From IMG/VR virus record IMGVR_UViG_3300037418_002260, positions 3,987 to 67,986 of that record: DNA of 64,000 bases; one strand, 5' to 3'. The notes under the pieces were generated by a model, which did not search any database, was not told the DNA's origin, and saw nothing but the letters and a program-made list of their open reading frames with translations. Each line of letters opens with the position of its first letter. Positions within the stretch are counted from its first letter, which is position 1. This DNA is from a virus (Duplodnaviria > Caudoviricetes). The translations under genes and the position numbers were made by a program. Below are positions 9,901 through 19,159 of the stretch, piece after piece.

Positions 9901-10879
9901 CCGCGGCACCGAGGAAATACGGATTCCCGAACGCAGCCATGATGCCGCTGCCGAGCTTCGGGAACAGCTGGACGATCTGGCCGAGCTGCTGCGCGATGAT
10001 TTGCGAGGGCTTCTGACCCATCGCGAGACCGCTGACGACGTCGTTCACCTGATACATCAGGTTGGTCGACTGCCAAGGCGTCATGCCGAGGAGAGTCGGA
10101 CGTCCGGTCGGGCCGACTCCCTGCTCCGCGAGGGCGCGCTTCTGCTCGGTCTCGAGGAGCTTGAGCACCATCTGGTACTCCTGCTCGGTCTTGTAGAGAC
10201 CAGCCGCTCGAGCTGCGTTCGCCTTCTCGATCTCCTCGCGGTAGTGCTGCTGAATCGCGGCGGCCGGCGCCATTTGCGCGCGGATCCGCTCCAGCCACTG
10301 TGATTGTTCCTGCAACGCCGTGGCCGCGGCAGCGGCCTGCTGTCCCTGCTTGAGGCCAGGCTGCGCCGCGTCGAACGCATTGGCGAGGCTCGCTGCACGC
10401 TGATACTCGGTGCCGAGCGCCTCGAGGTCGCCGCGCGCCCTGCCGAGCTTGTTGCTGGTCAGGTCGATCTGGCTGTTGAGTTGCTTCTGCGCCGCGGCAA
10501 TCGCGGTGACCTGGGCTTCGGTCTCAGCGGTGTTTCCGGTAGCCGCACCAGCCGCCTTGACGCTCGACATCGCATTGTTGGCGCTTTCGGCCTGCGCTTT
10601 CAGATTCGCGAGGTCGGCCTCGAGCGATTTAACCTTGGCGCTCTGCTGCTCGTAAGCGGTGCCAGCGCGTGCCGACGCCCCATTGACGAGCTGCGCGACA
10701 CGGTCGACCGAGCCGAGCGCCTGAACCAGTCGACCGAGGTCACTGGCGAGGATGTTGCTCGAGGCTCCAGCCTTGCCGTTCCAGCCGCTGATTTCCTGGA
10801 GCGCGCTGCTGATATTCTCGAATGCGCTACTCGCCTCATCGCGGGCGCGGATGATAAATTGGACGTCGCGTGCCGCCAC
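6968..10879 (-). CDS. Tail tape measure protein (lambda-like) with internal TIGR02594/NlpC-P60-like cell-wall hydrolase domain
   Basis: 1303 aa, Ala/Gln-rich helical. Lambda-TMP motif YQVNDVVSGLAMGQKP. Internal AWCAAFVN...PGDIVV..GHVGF...GGNQ. Confidence 0.92.
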   Translation of the reverse strand: MAARDVQFIIRARDEASSAFENISSALQEISGWNGKAGASSNILASDLGRLVQALGSVDRVAQLVNGASARAGTAYEQQSAKVKSLEADLANLKAQAESANNAMSSVKAAGAATGNTAETEAQVTAIAAAQKQLNSQIDLTSNKLGRARGDLEALGTEYQRAASLANAFDAAQPGLKQGQQAAAAATALQEQSQWLERIRAQMAPAAAIQQHYREEIEKANAARAAGLYKTEQEYQMVLKLLETEQKRALAEQGVGPTGRPTLLGMTPWQSTNLMYQVNDVVSGLAMGQKPSQIIAQQLGQIVQLFPKLGSGIMAAFGNPYFLGAAAIVGTVAFAIKQAADQADRLRSLSAILKATADGANYSAAALNENVKALENYHLTADEATTITKTFVKDGLNPAYFVQFGQAAKDMSRVLGTDVKDAATQVADAFTGGYDAVAKLDDATNFLTAAERQHIRAMFDSGNAAAARKLAFDKFAKSQHDAAEEMRGPWARAIDHIDTAWEHAKQGLADSGWANALRKGIEGVAGLIDDIADAIDRVNEADRQYQLQQSHGTVTVQLPAASAATPEQEARAKAAANAGNGDTKAQTQVDQKAINDARTQIAQQRELTSAVTDLQKARVAGEQAYRDEIEKTGNKAAAELKRQAAAEQVITQIQMQRRQGLLSAAQGFLGKRENNREDVAVLESLFNQYGIKTPQGGTVDPGKLAWCAAFVNAMLASKGLPTTGSLAASSFKNYGTKVSLEEAQPGDIVVLNGHVGFFAGYGPNGTVRILGGNQGKTGQGAVSVANFKRSAVQSVRRVGSISEGYDGQDSELQYAEQIATAQDSFNKKLEVEAAQRKLVIDYMRKQLGMSSEQLLASQRQEAIDQAITQAKQEAVDKHIQFDDSKNADGSFKGAQAKQIADQVGATFDLEHAEEAVNAALQEQQALRQALLNNIQAAYARGDDKAVAELTAQLNAMSPALDTAIDKLEAYWEAAPGGPKKDAALQSIRQLREEIKGTAGDLDKLHLDEIGRRIDGAQQLQQALQTHIDDSQLLGNGAEASTAQSQLQQVNDQLLQLRDTAIEAWKAVLANPDEMARLGLTPEGIQATIAALQDANHETQLMGRQFLATGKQINQQFAQDAIQGVDSFFQKVGQGQNVFSALGQSFLQFAIQFLQYIAEMIIEQAIFNAISGGSGMGGGGGIGGLITGLFHGGGIAGSPTMHRAVSPAVFAGAVRYHTGGLVGLKPDEVPAILKRGEEVLTQGDVRHRNNMGGRETPGGGNRGIRQILAIGDDEIANAMAGAAGEEIVLTHIRRNRSTVKTDLG

Positions 10880-10883
10880 TTAC

Positions 10884-11198
10884 CTATTCCTCCCGCAGGC
10901 GTTCGATGAGCTTGACGAACTCCTTGTGACCGTCATCCGAGAGAACCGCGGCGGCAGCGTTCTTGAGGGCGATAGCCTCAGTCGCGATGCGGCTGTTCTC
11001 CTGTTCAATCACCAGTGCAGTCTCGTCGTTAAGCTTTCCCAGGGTGTAGAGACCGGCATTCGGGTGGCCGTTTGCGAGGAGGAGACTCTTCTTGCGACGG
11101 AGTCCCCACAGCCAATCCGCCAGAGTTAGGCGGGATTCCCGATCAGCAGCTTTGAGCCGCCGACCAGTGTCCGAACGACGATCTCGATCACTTTTTTT
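10884..11198 (-). CDS. Tail assembly chaperone frameshift extension (gpGT-like)
   Basis: The -1 frame is open from the A7 run at 11192-11198 to TAG at 10884-10886 and has no start of its own. It encodes ...TLADWLWGLRRKKSLLLANGHPNAG...KLIERLREE. Confidence 0.75.
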   Translation of the reverse strand, partial: KKSDRDRRSDTGRRLKAADRESRLTLADWLWGLRRKKSLLLANGHPNAGLYTLGKLNDETALVIEQENSRIATEAIALKNAAAAVLSDDGHKEFVKLIERLREE

Positions 11199-11587
11199 GG
11201 CGGCATCTCCGAGGTGAAGGTCAGCGCTGCGATTTTATCGAGCGCCTCGAGCTGCACGGGGAACGGAACCGCCTTGACGACCTCCGCCGCTTCGAGCGAC
11301 CAGCCGGCGCAAACCGCGATGATTTCCGCAGCGACGTTCGGGAGCGTCGAGAGCAGCGCGCCGCCGAGCCAGTTGATGCTGTTGAGCTCGGGGTCGATCT
11401 GACCGGATTTCACCTGGCCGACGAGATTGTCGAAAAGGTCGCTGAGGTCGTTCCAGTGGCGCCGGCACAGGTCGGTGATGGCGTCCAGCGGGAGGCCCGA
11501 AACCGGAACCTCCCGCTTTCCCATCTGAACCGTATGCGTGACCACCAGGTCGGCGCGAAGCGCCTCGAGGTCCAGAGTGAACGCCAT
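11126..11587 (-). CDS. Tail assembly chaperone (gpG-like), 153 aa
   Basis: Lies between the major tail and tape measure genes and contains the slippery CCA AAA AAA GTG. Confidence 0.8.
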   Translation of the reverse strand: MAFTLDLEALRADLVVTHTVQMGKREVPVSGLPLDAITDLCRRHWNDLSDLFDNLVGQVKSGQIDPELNSINWLGGALLSTLPNVAAEIIAVCAGWSLEAAEVVKAVPFPVQLEALDKIAALTFTSEMPPKKVIEIVVRTLVGGSKLLIGNPA

Positions 11588-11590
11588 AGG

Positions 11591-12391
11591 TTACGGCGCC
11601 GGGATGTACGCGCGACCGTTGCAGTAGATCGGCACGCCAGCAGCGTCGGAGCTGATGGACACGTTGAACCCGAGCTTCTGCCAGTCCTGGTCGGTGATGA
11701 TGCCGTAGTCGCCGTTCGGCGCCAGCTTCGTCGCCGGCAGATAGTAGTCGATGTCCGCGCCTTCCGCGTTGTACGCGATGAAGCGGATGTAGCCCTCGAC
11801 CACCTTCGACCCCGCGACGATCTGCTCCTGCGAGGCAGCCTTGCGGTCGTAATGAACCTTGATGCTCGACCCATCGGCGATCGCGCCGCCGGGAACGATG
11901 GTGACGCGACCGAGGTCACCGTCCTGCGTGTAGTCATCGCCTTCGGCGTAGGTCGTGACATCATCGCCGCTCTTGACGCTGGTGATGGTGAGCTGTTGGA
12001 GGCCGGCCGGGTTGCCCGCGGTTCCGCGGCCAATCTGGTAGGTGAGACCGCCCTCGACGCTGGCGAAAGTCTCGCTCTGCGCCGCGAGCGCGGTCTGCGC
12101 AACGACCGAAGCCGTGCCGAGGAACAGCGCGGCCAGGTTCTTCGGGTTGACATCGTCGGTCATAAACTGACTCGCGTAGTCGACCTGAGTCGGCACATCG
12201 CGGTCCTGCGTTTTCATGCCGCGGCGCGAGCTGTAGTGCTTCACGCTCTGGCTTTGCGTGCTCACCTTGAAATCGGGGACGTTGCCGATGAGGCGCTCGC
12301 CCTCGTAGGTGCCGTCCGCGCGCTTGAGCGCGAAGAACAGGTCGCCGCGGCCAAGGGTGAAATTGTCTCGAATCGTATTCAGGTCGGGCAT
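11591..12391 (-). CDS. Major tail tube protein
   Basis: MPDLNTIRDNFTLGRGDLFFA...GERLIGNVPDF; strong GGAGG RBS before ATG 12391; canonical position. Confidence 0.85.
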   Translation of the reverse strand: MPDLNTIRDNFTLGRGDLFFALKRADGTYEGERLIGNVPDFKVSTQSQSVKHYSSRRGMKTQDRDVPTQVDYASQFMTDDVNPKNLAALFLGTASVVAQTALAAQSETFASVEGGLTYQIGRGTAGNPAGLQQLTITSVKSGDDVTTYAEGDDYTQDGDLGRVTIVPGGAIADGSSIKVHYDRKAASQEQIVAGSKVVEGYIRFIAYNAEGADIDYYLPATKLAPNGDYGIITDQDWQKLGFNVSISSDAAGVPIYCNGRAYIPAP

Positions 12392-12435
12392 TCTCAACCT
12401 CCGTTGACAGACTCACTAATATAGTGAGTTTGGTT

Positions 12436-12990
12436 TCATGTAAATGCGTTGGCGGGATCCTCCACAACATGCAGCCGCACGGGCAACCAAAAATAGGTCG
12501 TCGCGGAGATGTCATCGGGTGGCCGGATGACCGGCGCGCCGATGTGGAGCTGGTCGACCGTGGGCTTCTTCGAGCCGAGGCCAAGGATGTTCCGGACCTC
12601 CTTCTTCGCCTCGGTCAGCTTCGCCACAGTGTCAGCGGCGAGGAAATAGGCGGGGTCGGTCGGATGGACGGGGTCGTCCTTGATGAAGCCCTGAATGAGC
12701 AGATCCCAATCACCAGGCGACGCATCGGTCTCGCGCAGCGGCACGGCATCGCGCTCGAGCTGCTTCGGGTCCTCGACAATCGCGAGCATCGGGAGCGGGT
12801 CATCGCTGCCATAGGCAACGCGGCCACGGAGCACGCGGCCATCGGGGAAATCTGCATCGGGCGCCAGTGAGTAGGAATAGGTCGGCGCGGCGTCCGGCAT
12901 GTCGCGGCTGATGGTCTGGAGCAGCTCGGTCAACTTCACCAACACCTTGAGCCGGAACGGCATCTGGTCGAATGGAATCGGGTCAGCCAT
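12436..12990 (-). CDS. Tail terminator-like protein
   Basis: 184 aa immediately upstream of the tail tube; GRVLRGRVAYGSDDPLPMLAIVE and DPAYFLAAD. Confidence 0.65.
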   Translation of the reverse strand: MADPIPFDQMPFRLKVLVKLTELLQTISRDMPDAAPTYSYSLAPDADFPDGRVLRGRVAYGSDDPLPMLAIVEDPKQLERDAVPLRETDASPGDWDLLIQGFIKDDPVHPTDPAYFLAADTVAKLTEAKKEVRNILGLGSKKPTVDQLHIGAPVIRPPDDISATTYFWLPVRLHVVEDPANAFT

Positions 12991-12991
12991 G

Positions 12992-13585
12992 TCAGAGTCC
13001 CATCAGCCGGAGGAACTCGGCCTCGAGGTAGTTGGCCGCGTCCGAAGAGATGTCGTTGGCCACATCGTCGAACACTTGGTCGATTGACGGGCCATAGAGG
13101 AGCCACAGGTTCTTACCCATCAGCTTCGGCTTGTAGGCGCGGTCGGGAACCTTGCCCGCGGGGAGCCGAATCGCGAGTCCGGTGTTGCCTGGGCCAGTGT
13201 CGGTGTTGCCGGCGCGGAGGCGAACAAAGAAAGCGCCCTTGAGGCGCCGCACGATCCCTGGCTGCACCTCGAGGCTGACCGCCGTCCGGCGTGGCCCGAT
13301 TGTGCGGGCGCCGCGCGCGAAGCTGGCCAGGCTCGTCGGGCGGTGACGTCCGGTGATCACCGCTTCGAGGTCGGTGCGGGACGCCTTCTTCGTGATTCCG
13401 AGCCTGTCCTGTCGCGCGAGATAGCTTGCGCTGAATGCAACCTGCTGGCGCATCTGTCGCGACGCAGCTGCGCGCGACCGCTGGATGGTTCCGTTGATAG
13501 CCCTGGAAGCGGCATCGGCGACCTTGACGTCGCCGACCGTCGCATCGTCTAGGCCCTGAACGGCGATAACGTAGGCGTCGTTCAT
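12992..13585 (-). CDS. Neck / tail completion protein (gpZ-like)
   Basis: Basic 197 aa protein with ASRAINGT, LEAVITGRHRPTSLASF and LYGPSIDQVF. Confidence 0.7.
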   Translation of the reverse strand: MNDAYVIAVQGLDDATVGDVKVADAASRAINGTIQRSRAAASRQMRQQVAFSASYLARQDRLGITKKASRTDLEAVITGRHRPTSLASFARGARTIGPRRTAVSLEVQPGIVRRLKGAFFVRLRAGNTDTGPGNTGLAIRLPAGKVPDRAYKPKLMGKNLWLLYGPSIDQVFDDVANDISSDAANYLEAEFLRLMGL

Positions 13586-13956
13586 CAGGTGGCAGCGGGC
13601 AGCGGAAGCCCTGTCGCTTCGGCGGCGTCCAGTTGGGTGACAGCCGCGTCGATGGTGATGCCATGTGGAGCAAGGGCGTGGTCGATGCGATACGCTTCGC
13701 CCTCGGCTACAGACACAATGGCGCCGCGCTTCGGCTGCGCGAGCTCCTCGCGAAGGAAGCGGAGGAAAGCCGTTTCGACCGAGACCTCAGCAGTCTCGAG
13801 TCCTGGGATGTCGCCCGTCTTGTTCACGCGGGTCTGCCGACGAACGGTGACCGGCACGGGATCTGCGGGCGCAAGGATGTAGAGCGCCGGGACAGACGCC
13901 TCTCGGTGAATGTCCCGGCGCGCTTGTTGCCGCGCTGCGTCGAGTGCGGCGGTCAT
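13585..13956 (-). CDS. Head-tail joining protein
   Basis: 123 aa in the head-tail connector position; ARRDIHREASVPALY. Confidence 0.65.
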   Translation of the reverse strand: MTAALDAARQQARRDIHREASVPALYILAPADPVPVTVRRQTRVNKTGDIPGLETAEVSVETAFLRFLREELAQPKRGAIVSVAEGEAYRIDHALAPHGITIDAAVTQLDAAEATGLPLPAAT

Positions 13957-13959
13957 CGG

Positions 13960-14349
13960 TTAGCCGATGTTCGCTTCGGCGTTGTCGGCGTTCTCGCCGT
14001 TGCCAGCTTCGCCATTCTCGGCGTTCTCGCCGTTGCCAGCTTCGCCGCCTTCGGCACCGTTACCGGCCTCGCCGTTGCCAGCTTCGCCGCCAGTGGCAGC
14101 CGGAGTCTGCGTCGCAGCGGCGCGACGGCCACGGCCACCAGTGGGCTTCGACGGGGCGGGCGTTTCGGCCGCGGCCTTATTCGCCTGCATCTTTTCATGC
14201 AGGAGAAGCTCGGCCTCGGTCGGCTCGCGAACCGCCTCAAGCCGCTGGAGGTCAGCAAGCTGCTCCTCGCTGGCCGGCGTGAAAATCGTGCCGGGAAGAA
14301 TCGTGCCGTCGATGCGCTGCGTCGCAACGACCGGAGAAAGAGTGCTCAT
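13960..14349 (-). CDS. Capsid-associated protein with low-complexity GEAGNGE repeats
   Basis: Gene after the capsid gene; acidic repeated C-terminal tail ending in IG. Confidence 0.65.
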   Translation of the reverse strand: MSTLSPVVATQRIDGTILPGTIFTPASEEQLADLQRLEAVREPTEAELLLHEKMQANKAAAETPAPSKPTGGRGRRAAATQTPAATGGEAGNGEAGNGAEGGEAGNGENAENGEAGNGENADNAEANIG

Positions 14350-14374
14350 TCAACACCTCGTTGGTTGGGAAAGA

Positions 14375-14402
14375 TGCCCGGCGGGAAGCTGAACCCGCCG
14401 GG
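14375..14402 (-). terminator. GC-rich hairpin downstream of the capsid gene (probable terminator or processing stem)
   Basis: GCCCGGCGGG-aagctgaa-CCCGCCGGGC 10-bp perfect stem; weak U tract on the minus strand. Confidence 0.5.
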
Positions 14403-14420
14403 CGAAAGTCTCACCGCCGC

Positions 14421-15518
14421 TTACGCGATCGGCGTCAGCTTGTAGGTGCCGTTCGGGTTAATCGGCACCATGATGGGAGCCGACTCGAACGACAGGTGCT
14501 CGACCTTCACGCGATCGCCCTTGAGGTAGTTCTTCGGGAAGATCGGGAGGGCCTGGTACTCGGCGTCGCGGTCCTGAATCATGCCGAAGCACTCGAAACC
14601 GTTGATGGTCTCGGGCGTCGACAGGAACACCATCTCGTTGTTGCCAACGTAACGGACCTGCGTGCCATCGTCGGCTTCGTAGGCTTCGTTGTTGACGAAC
14701 AGCTCGATGACCTGGCCGGAACCGCCGCCGATTTGCAGCTCGCCGACCTTGTACCGCTTCGAGCGGTCGCCCGAGGTGACGACACCGCGCTCGATGGTCA
14801 GACCACCGACCGGACGGAACTTGTCAAGGTTGTCCTTGATTTCCTGGTCCTTGCGGATGACGCCCCAAACGCCGCCGCCCATCTCGACCTGAACCGGCAG
14901 ACCGCCGAACTCAGCGTCGTTCATGGTATCGACGATCGCCTGGAACTTGTCGTACACCGACACGCCAGCGTCGCCGAAGCGGTTGCCGGCCGTCAGAACC
15001 TCGGTGTGGCCCGCGTCACGCTGGAAATCGACGAGCACGGAATCGCCGTCCTCGTAATTGCAGGTGACCTTGCCGTCGATGAGCGCCTTGGCGCGCATCC
15101 ACTCCCACCGGCGCTCGACCGCGTCCATTGCGTCGACCGTCATGGCGACCTTGATGAGCTCAAGGCGCTGCATCGGCGACAGCTTGTTCGGGTCGAACAT
15201 CGACTGGTCGATGCCCGGCTGATAGGTCAGGGGGCGCTTCGGGTCGACCGCCTCGTCGATGACGACATTGGCGGGCTTGAAGCGCATTCCCTTGGCCTTG
15301 TCGGTATAGATACCGCGGCCCTGGCCCATCGGCTTGACGAACGGGGCGAGGCGACGCGACTTGATCGGCAGCTTCTCGAAGTCGATCCATTCGTCGGTCG
15401 AACGGAGTCCACTGGTGAAGAAGCGGCTGAAAGGCCGCGGTTCGGGACGGGTATCGCGCATCGCTCCGAGCGAGGTGCGACTGTCCCACAGATTGTAAGC
15501 GGTGACAGGGGAAGTCAT
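14421..15518 (-). CDS. Major capsid protein (lambda gpE family)
   Basis: 365 aa after the decoration gene; IDFEKL...RLAPFVKPMGQG and FKPANV motifs. Confidence 0.9.
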   Translation of the reverse strand: MTSPVTAYNLWDSRTSLGAMRDTRPEPRPFSRFFTSGLRSTDEWIDFEKLPIKSRRLAPFVKPMGQGRGIYTDKAKGMRFKPANVVIDEAVDPKRPLTYQPGIDQSMFDPNKLSPMQRLELIKVAMTVDAMDAVERRWEWMRAKALIDGKVTCNYEDGDSVLVDFQRDAGHTEVLTAGNRFGDAGVSVYDKFQAIVDTMNDAEFGGLPVQVEMGGGVWGVIRKDQEIKDNLDKFRPVGGLTIERGVVTSGDRSKRYKVGELQIGGGSGQVIELFVNNEAYEADDGTQVRYVGNNEMVFLSTPETINGFECFGMIQDRDAEYQALPIFPKNYLKGDRVKVEHLSFESAPIMVPINPNGTYKLTPIA

Positions 15519-15551
15519 TGCTTTGGCTGTCCTTTCTAGCCGAGTTGCCGG

Positions 15552-16013
15552 TTACGCGCCGGGCGCGCCCGTCGCCTTGCGGCTACGGAAAATGAGGTTC
15601 GGGTCGCCAACGACCGCGCCGGTCTTGCTGGCGAGGTCGGTGAAGCTGGCGTCGAACACGAGCGGGCTGTCGTCGCCGGCATTGAAATTGCCGGTGAGCC
15701 ACACCTCGCCGTGGATGGTCGCGTTCGCCGCGCCGCTGGTCGCGGCATGGACGAGCACGCCAATCGGGCGGATGGAGTTCGCGGGCGTGACGGCGTCATG
15801 CGTCGCGAGCACTAGGTGGTTGTTCGCGTCGAGGCCGACGACGCTCAGGGCGGCGAGGGCGAGGTTCGAGGCGAGCAGGATCCGCACGGGCGCGGACAGA
15901 CCCGGCTCGCTACCGGCGAGCAGGTTCTGGTCGACCAGCTGGTCGAGGGCCTCGAAAGCGGGCAGCCCATTGCGGGCATCGCTCTTGAGGTAGGAAACGG
16001 GGATGTCGGTCAT
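15552..16013 (-). CDS. Head decoration protein (gpD-like)
   Basis: 153 aa between the S49 protease and capsid genes; PIGVL and GNFNA motifs. Confidence 0.8.
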   Translation of the reverse strand: MTDIPVSYLKSDARNGLPAFEALDQLVDQNLLAGSEPGLSAPVRILLASNLALAALSVVGLDANNHLVLATHDAVTPANSIRPIGVLVHAATSGAANATIHGEVWLTGNFNAGDDSPLVFDASFTDLASKTGAVVGDPNLIFRSRKATGAPGA

Positions 16014-16046
16014 TCGGGAAACTCCCTAATTTAGTGACTCGAGATG

Positions 16047-17372
16047 CTACTTGGCAGGAGCAGCAGCGGGGCGAACGCCGCGGATGCCAGCCGCGCGCGC
16101 GAGGGCGATGGGACTCGAGGAAGCCTCGTCATCGTTGCCGCCTTCGCCGGCGCCGACATCGGGGTTGTCCTTCGACATGGCGTTGTCGAACGGCGTGTTT
16201 CCACCCTCGTCCGCTTCGGCCTTCGGCGACTCTGCGAGCGCCGCGATTGCGTCCTCCGCCGACATGGCGGTTTTGAACGCAAAGTGATTGGCGAGACCCT
16301 CGCGGCCCTTCGCCTCGTCGCTGCCGAGGATAGCGGCGATGCGGGTCTGCATCGCGGTGCCGCCCTCGGTAACTCCCGCAGCGTGGCCGGCCGTCTGACC
16401 TTCCTCGCGAGCGGCATTCAGAGCGGCCTGGTCGACCGCCGAACCGTTGGCTTCATCAGCCATTGCTTCTTCTCCTGTGTTGTCGGACTGGTCGTCCAGG
16501 GAGGCCGAAAAATCGGCCAGTGCATCGTCGAGCGCGCCTACAGAGTCAGCGAACCCGTTCGATACGGCTTGGCTGGCGGTGAAGCAGAGAGCTTCCGTGT
16601 CCCGCACAGCTTGTTCCTCGAGGCCGCGGTTCTCCGCGACCGATGTGACGAAAACGGCATACAGCTCGTCGATCCGCTCCTGGATGCGAGCTTTCACATC
16701 GTCCGGCAGCGCCTCGTATGAGTTGCCGTCGACCTTGTGCTTGCCGGCGAAAATGAACGTGACGCTGAGGCCCATCTTGTCGAGCATTTTCGACATATCG
16801 AGATGAGCCGTGACAACGCCGACCGAGCCAACGCCTCCGGTGCGCGACACGGCGATATGGTCGCCGACGCAGCCGACCGCGTAGGCAGCCGAGTAAGCGC
16901 TCTCATGCGCGAAGGTCCGAACGGGGACTCCGCTGTCCTTCTTCGCGGCGACCATCTTATCGACGGCGTCGAAGCAGCCGGCGACCATGCCACCGCAACT
17001 GTCGGTGACTAGGGCGATGCCCTTGATGGCTCCGTTCTTGTAATCCTCGACGCCGCGCATGAACGCGCGAAGGATGTAATCGTAGCCGGTCGCGTAGCTC
17101 CCGAACTGCCACGGGAAATTGTGCAGCAGCACGCCCTTGACGGGGATGTGGAGGATCCCGCCCTGCACGACATAGGGCCGGTAGGCGGCGCGCCAGTCGT
17201 CGGCCGGCAGCCAGAAATTGTCGCCGCTGTAGGCGGTCGTCGAGTCAGCCTCGAGCTTCCGGCCCTCCTCGGACTGCATGACGATGTCGAGCGACGCGCG
17301 GAAGCGGTCCTCCGTGCCTGGTGCGAGCAGGGCGGGTTCGTTGGCGAAACGGGCAATGAGCGGGTTCGTCAT
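16047..17372 (-). CDS. Prohead protease / scaffold, peptidase S49 (gpC/Nu3-like)
   Basis: IPVKGVLLH, DSCGGMVAG, AYSAAYAVG, GSVGVV, IFAGKHKVDGN; acidic Ala-rich C-terminal scaffold. Confidence 0.92.
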   Translation of the reverse strand: MTNPLIARFANEPALLAPGTEDRFRASLDIVMQSEEGRKLEADSTTAYSGDNFWLPADDWRAAYRPYVVQGGILHIPVKGVLLHNFPWQFGSYATGYDYILRAFMRGVEDYKNGAIKGIALVTDSCGGMVAGCFDAVDKMVAAKKDSGVPVRTFAHESAYSAAYAVGCVGDHIAVSRTGGVGSVGVVTAHLDMSKMLDKMGLSVTFIFAGKHKVDGNSYEALPDDVKARIQERIDELYAVFVTSVAENRGLEEQAVRDTEALCFTASQAVSNGFADSVGALDDALADFSASLDDQSDNTGEEAMADEANGSAVDQAALNAAREEGQTAGHAAGVTEGGTAMQTRIAAILGSDEAKGREGLANHFAFKTAMSAEDAIAALAESPKAEADEGGNTPFDNAMSKDNPDVGAGEGGNDDEASSSPIALARAAGIRGVRPAAAPAK

Positions 17373-19159
17373 GCGGCCTTCTTCTTGTTGTCGCCTTCAC
17401 CGTTCTGGTTGTCGGCGTTCCCGTTCGAGTCCGCGGCGACGGTCGCAGCTGCGACATTGGAGGTGAAAACAAGGTTGCGGGTCTGAGCTTCCCTCGCTTC
17501 GCGCTCGAGCTGGCGGAACACCTTGCGCCAATCCTTGCCGAGGCGGGCCAGCTCGTCCTCGCGGGTCGAGATGCCAGCTTCGATGCGCGCGACGGCAGCC
17601 TGAGTTTCCTTGAGCTCGTCGATCTGGCCACGGGAGGCGCCAATCCACTCGCAGCGCGAGATGGCGTCGAACGCGGTGTTGAGCACGCCGTTCGAGTAGA
17701 GCAGCCCGGCCTTCTTCTTCGGGAAGCTGAACAGCTTGTTCTTGTTGATCGCTTCCTCGAGCCAGAGCCGGAAAGTGATGGTCGCGAAGCGATCGGCAAT
17801 CAGCTTCTTGCGCGACTGCATGAATTTCCAGGTCTCGGTCATCGCCGCGCGCGCCGAGCTGTAATTCGTATTCGTGTAGTCGCGGCTGAGCTGCTCGTAG
17901 GAAACGCCGATTGCCGCGGCGAGGTAGCGCAGCAGCGACTGCTCAAAGAGCGTCCCCTGCGTCGGATTCATCTCCGGCGACAGGAACTCGAGCTTCGTGC
18001 CAGGGTAGAGATGCGGGATGCGCGCGCCGTCAATCGTCAGGCCACGGGCCTTGCCGATGTACTGGCCAATCGCGCCGAGATAGCCTTGCGAGTAGGAGGT
18101 GATCGCCTGTTGAATCTGCTCCGGCGTCGCCTCGGCACCGCCGAGCTGCTGGAACACGGTCTCGGCGGGAAGCTCAGAGGTGATGGCTGCGGCGAACACT
18201 GCCTGGGCGACAGCCTGCTGCAAGTTCACGCCGCGGAGCGTGTGCGTCATCCGCATTTCCTTGAGCGCGGCTGCCATCTCGGGAATGCCGCGGCTCTGTG
18301 CGGGACGCACCTGCTCCTTGAGGTGGATGACCTGGAGGCGACCCCACGGCTTGCGCAGCGGAACCTCCTTCCACTCGGGCAGCGTGAAATTCCAGACGAT
18401 GTCGACCGGATGCGTCGTGCGAATCTGATAAGCGAGCGGAGCGCCGCTCGAGTTGTAGCGGATCCCCATGCGCACATTCGGGTCGGTGCGCGACATCGGG
18501 TCGGTCGACAGGCGGTCGAGGTCGACCATCTGGATGCAGGTGTTGAACTCGCTCGCGCTCTGACGGTCCCACTCGGCAGTGCCGAGAACCTCGCCGGCCG
18601 CCAGGTGGATGCCGACCGCCATGCGCACCAGTTGGGTCAGGTTGTTCGCGCGCGCCGCGTCGACCCAACAGTCGGGCGATTCGGCGAACAGCTCCCACAG
18701 TTCCTCGACCTCAGCCTGGAACTCCTCCTCCCAAACGTCATCCTCCTTGCCGAACAGGCGCCGCGTGGCGGGCCTCGCGTTCAGCAGGAAATGCGCGCCG
18801 ACGATGTTGTCCTTGTGGAGGTTCGCGCCGCCCTGGATGTAGGCGTCGTTGCGGAGCATGTCGCGCGAGCGGGTGTCAATCGTCTGCTTCGCCGGATAGA
18901 TGTCGGCGTCCGCGGAGGCGACCTGCGGTCCCCACATTGCGAAGCTCGCGTCGTAGCGGTCGGCGCCGTCGAAGGCGCCCATGCCGTTGCGCGATGGGTT
19001 GCCGAGATCGGCCCTCTCGTTGCCCGCCGCCGGGAGGTGTGCGACCGTGGCGGGCAACGCTGCTCCGGGACTGGTGGGGGCCGAGGGTCCGGGCAGAGCG
19101 AGGGGTCCAGCAGAAGCCGGACCAATCAGAGCGTCGATTTCGGGGTCACCTGTGCTCAT
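17369..19159 (-). CDS. Portal protein, lambda family
   Basis: RSRDMLRNDAY, QTRGIP-like QSRGIP, GVSYEQLSRDYTNTNYSSARA, IDELKETQAA. Confidence 0.92.
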   Translation of the reverse strand: MSTGDPEIDALIGPASAGPLALPGPSAPTSPGAALPATVAHLPAAGNERADLGNPSRNGMGAFDGADRYDASFAMWGPQVASADADIYPAKQTIDTRSRDMLRNDAYIQGGANLHKDNIVGAHFLLNARPATRRLFGKEDDVWEEEFQAEVEELWELFAESPDCWVDAARANNLTQLVRMAVGIHLAAGEVLGTAEWDRQSASEFNTCIQMVDLDRLSTDPMSRTDPNVRMGIRYNSSGAPLAYQIRTTHPVDIVWNFTLPEWKEVPLRKPWGRLQVIHLKEQVRPAQSRGIPEMAAALKEMRMTHTLRGVNLQQAVAQAVFAAAITSELPAETVFQQLGGAEATPEQIQQAITSYSQGYLGAIGQYIGKARGLTIDGARIPHLYPGTKLEFLSPEMNPTQGTLFEQSLLRYLAAAIGVSYEQLSRDYTNTNYSSARAAMTETWKFMQSRKKLIADRFATITFRLWLEEAINKNKLFSFPKKKAGLLYSNGVLNTAFDAISRCEWIGASRGQIDELKETQAAVARIEAGISTREDELARLGKDWRKVFRQLEREAREAQTRNLVFTSNVAAATVAADSNGNADNQNGEGDNKKKAA

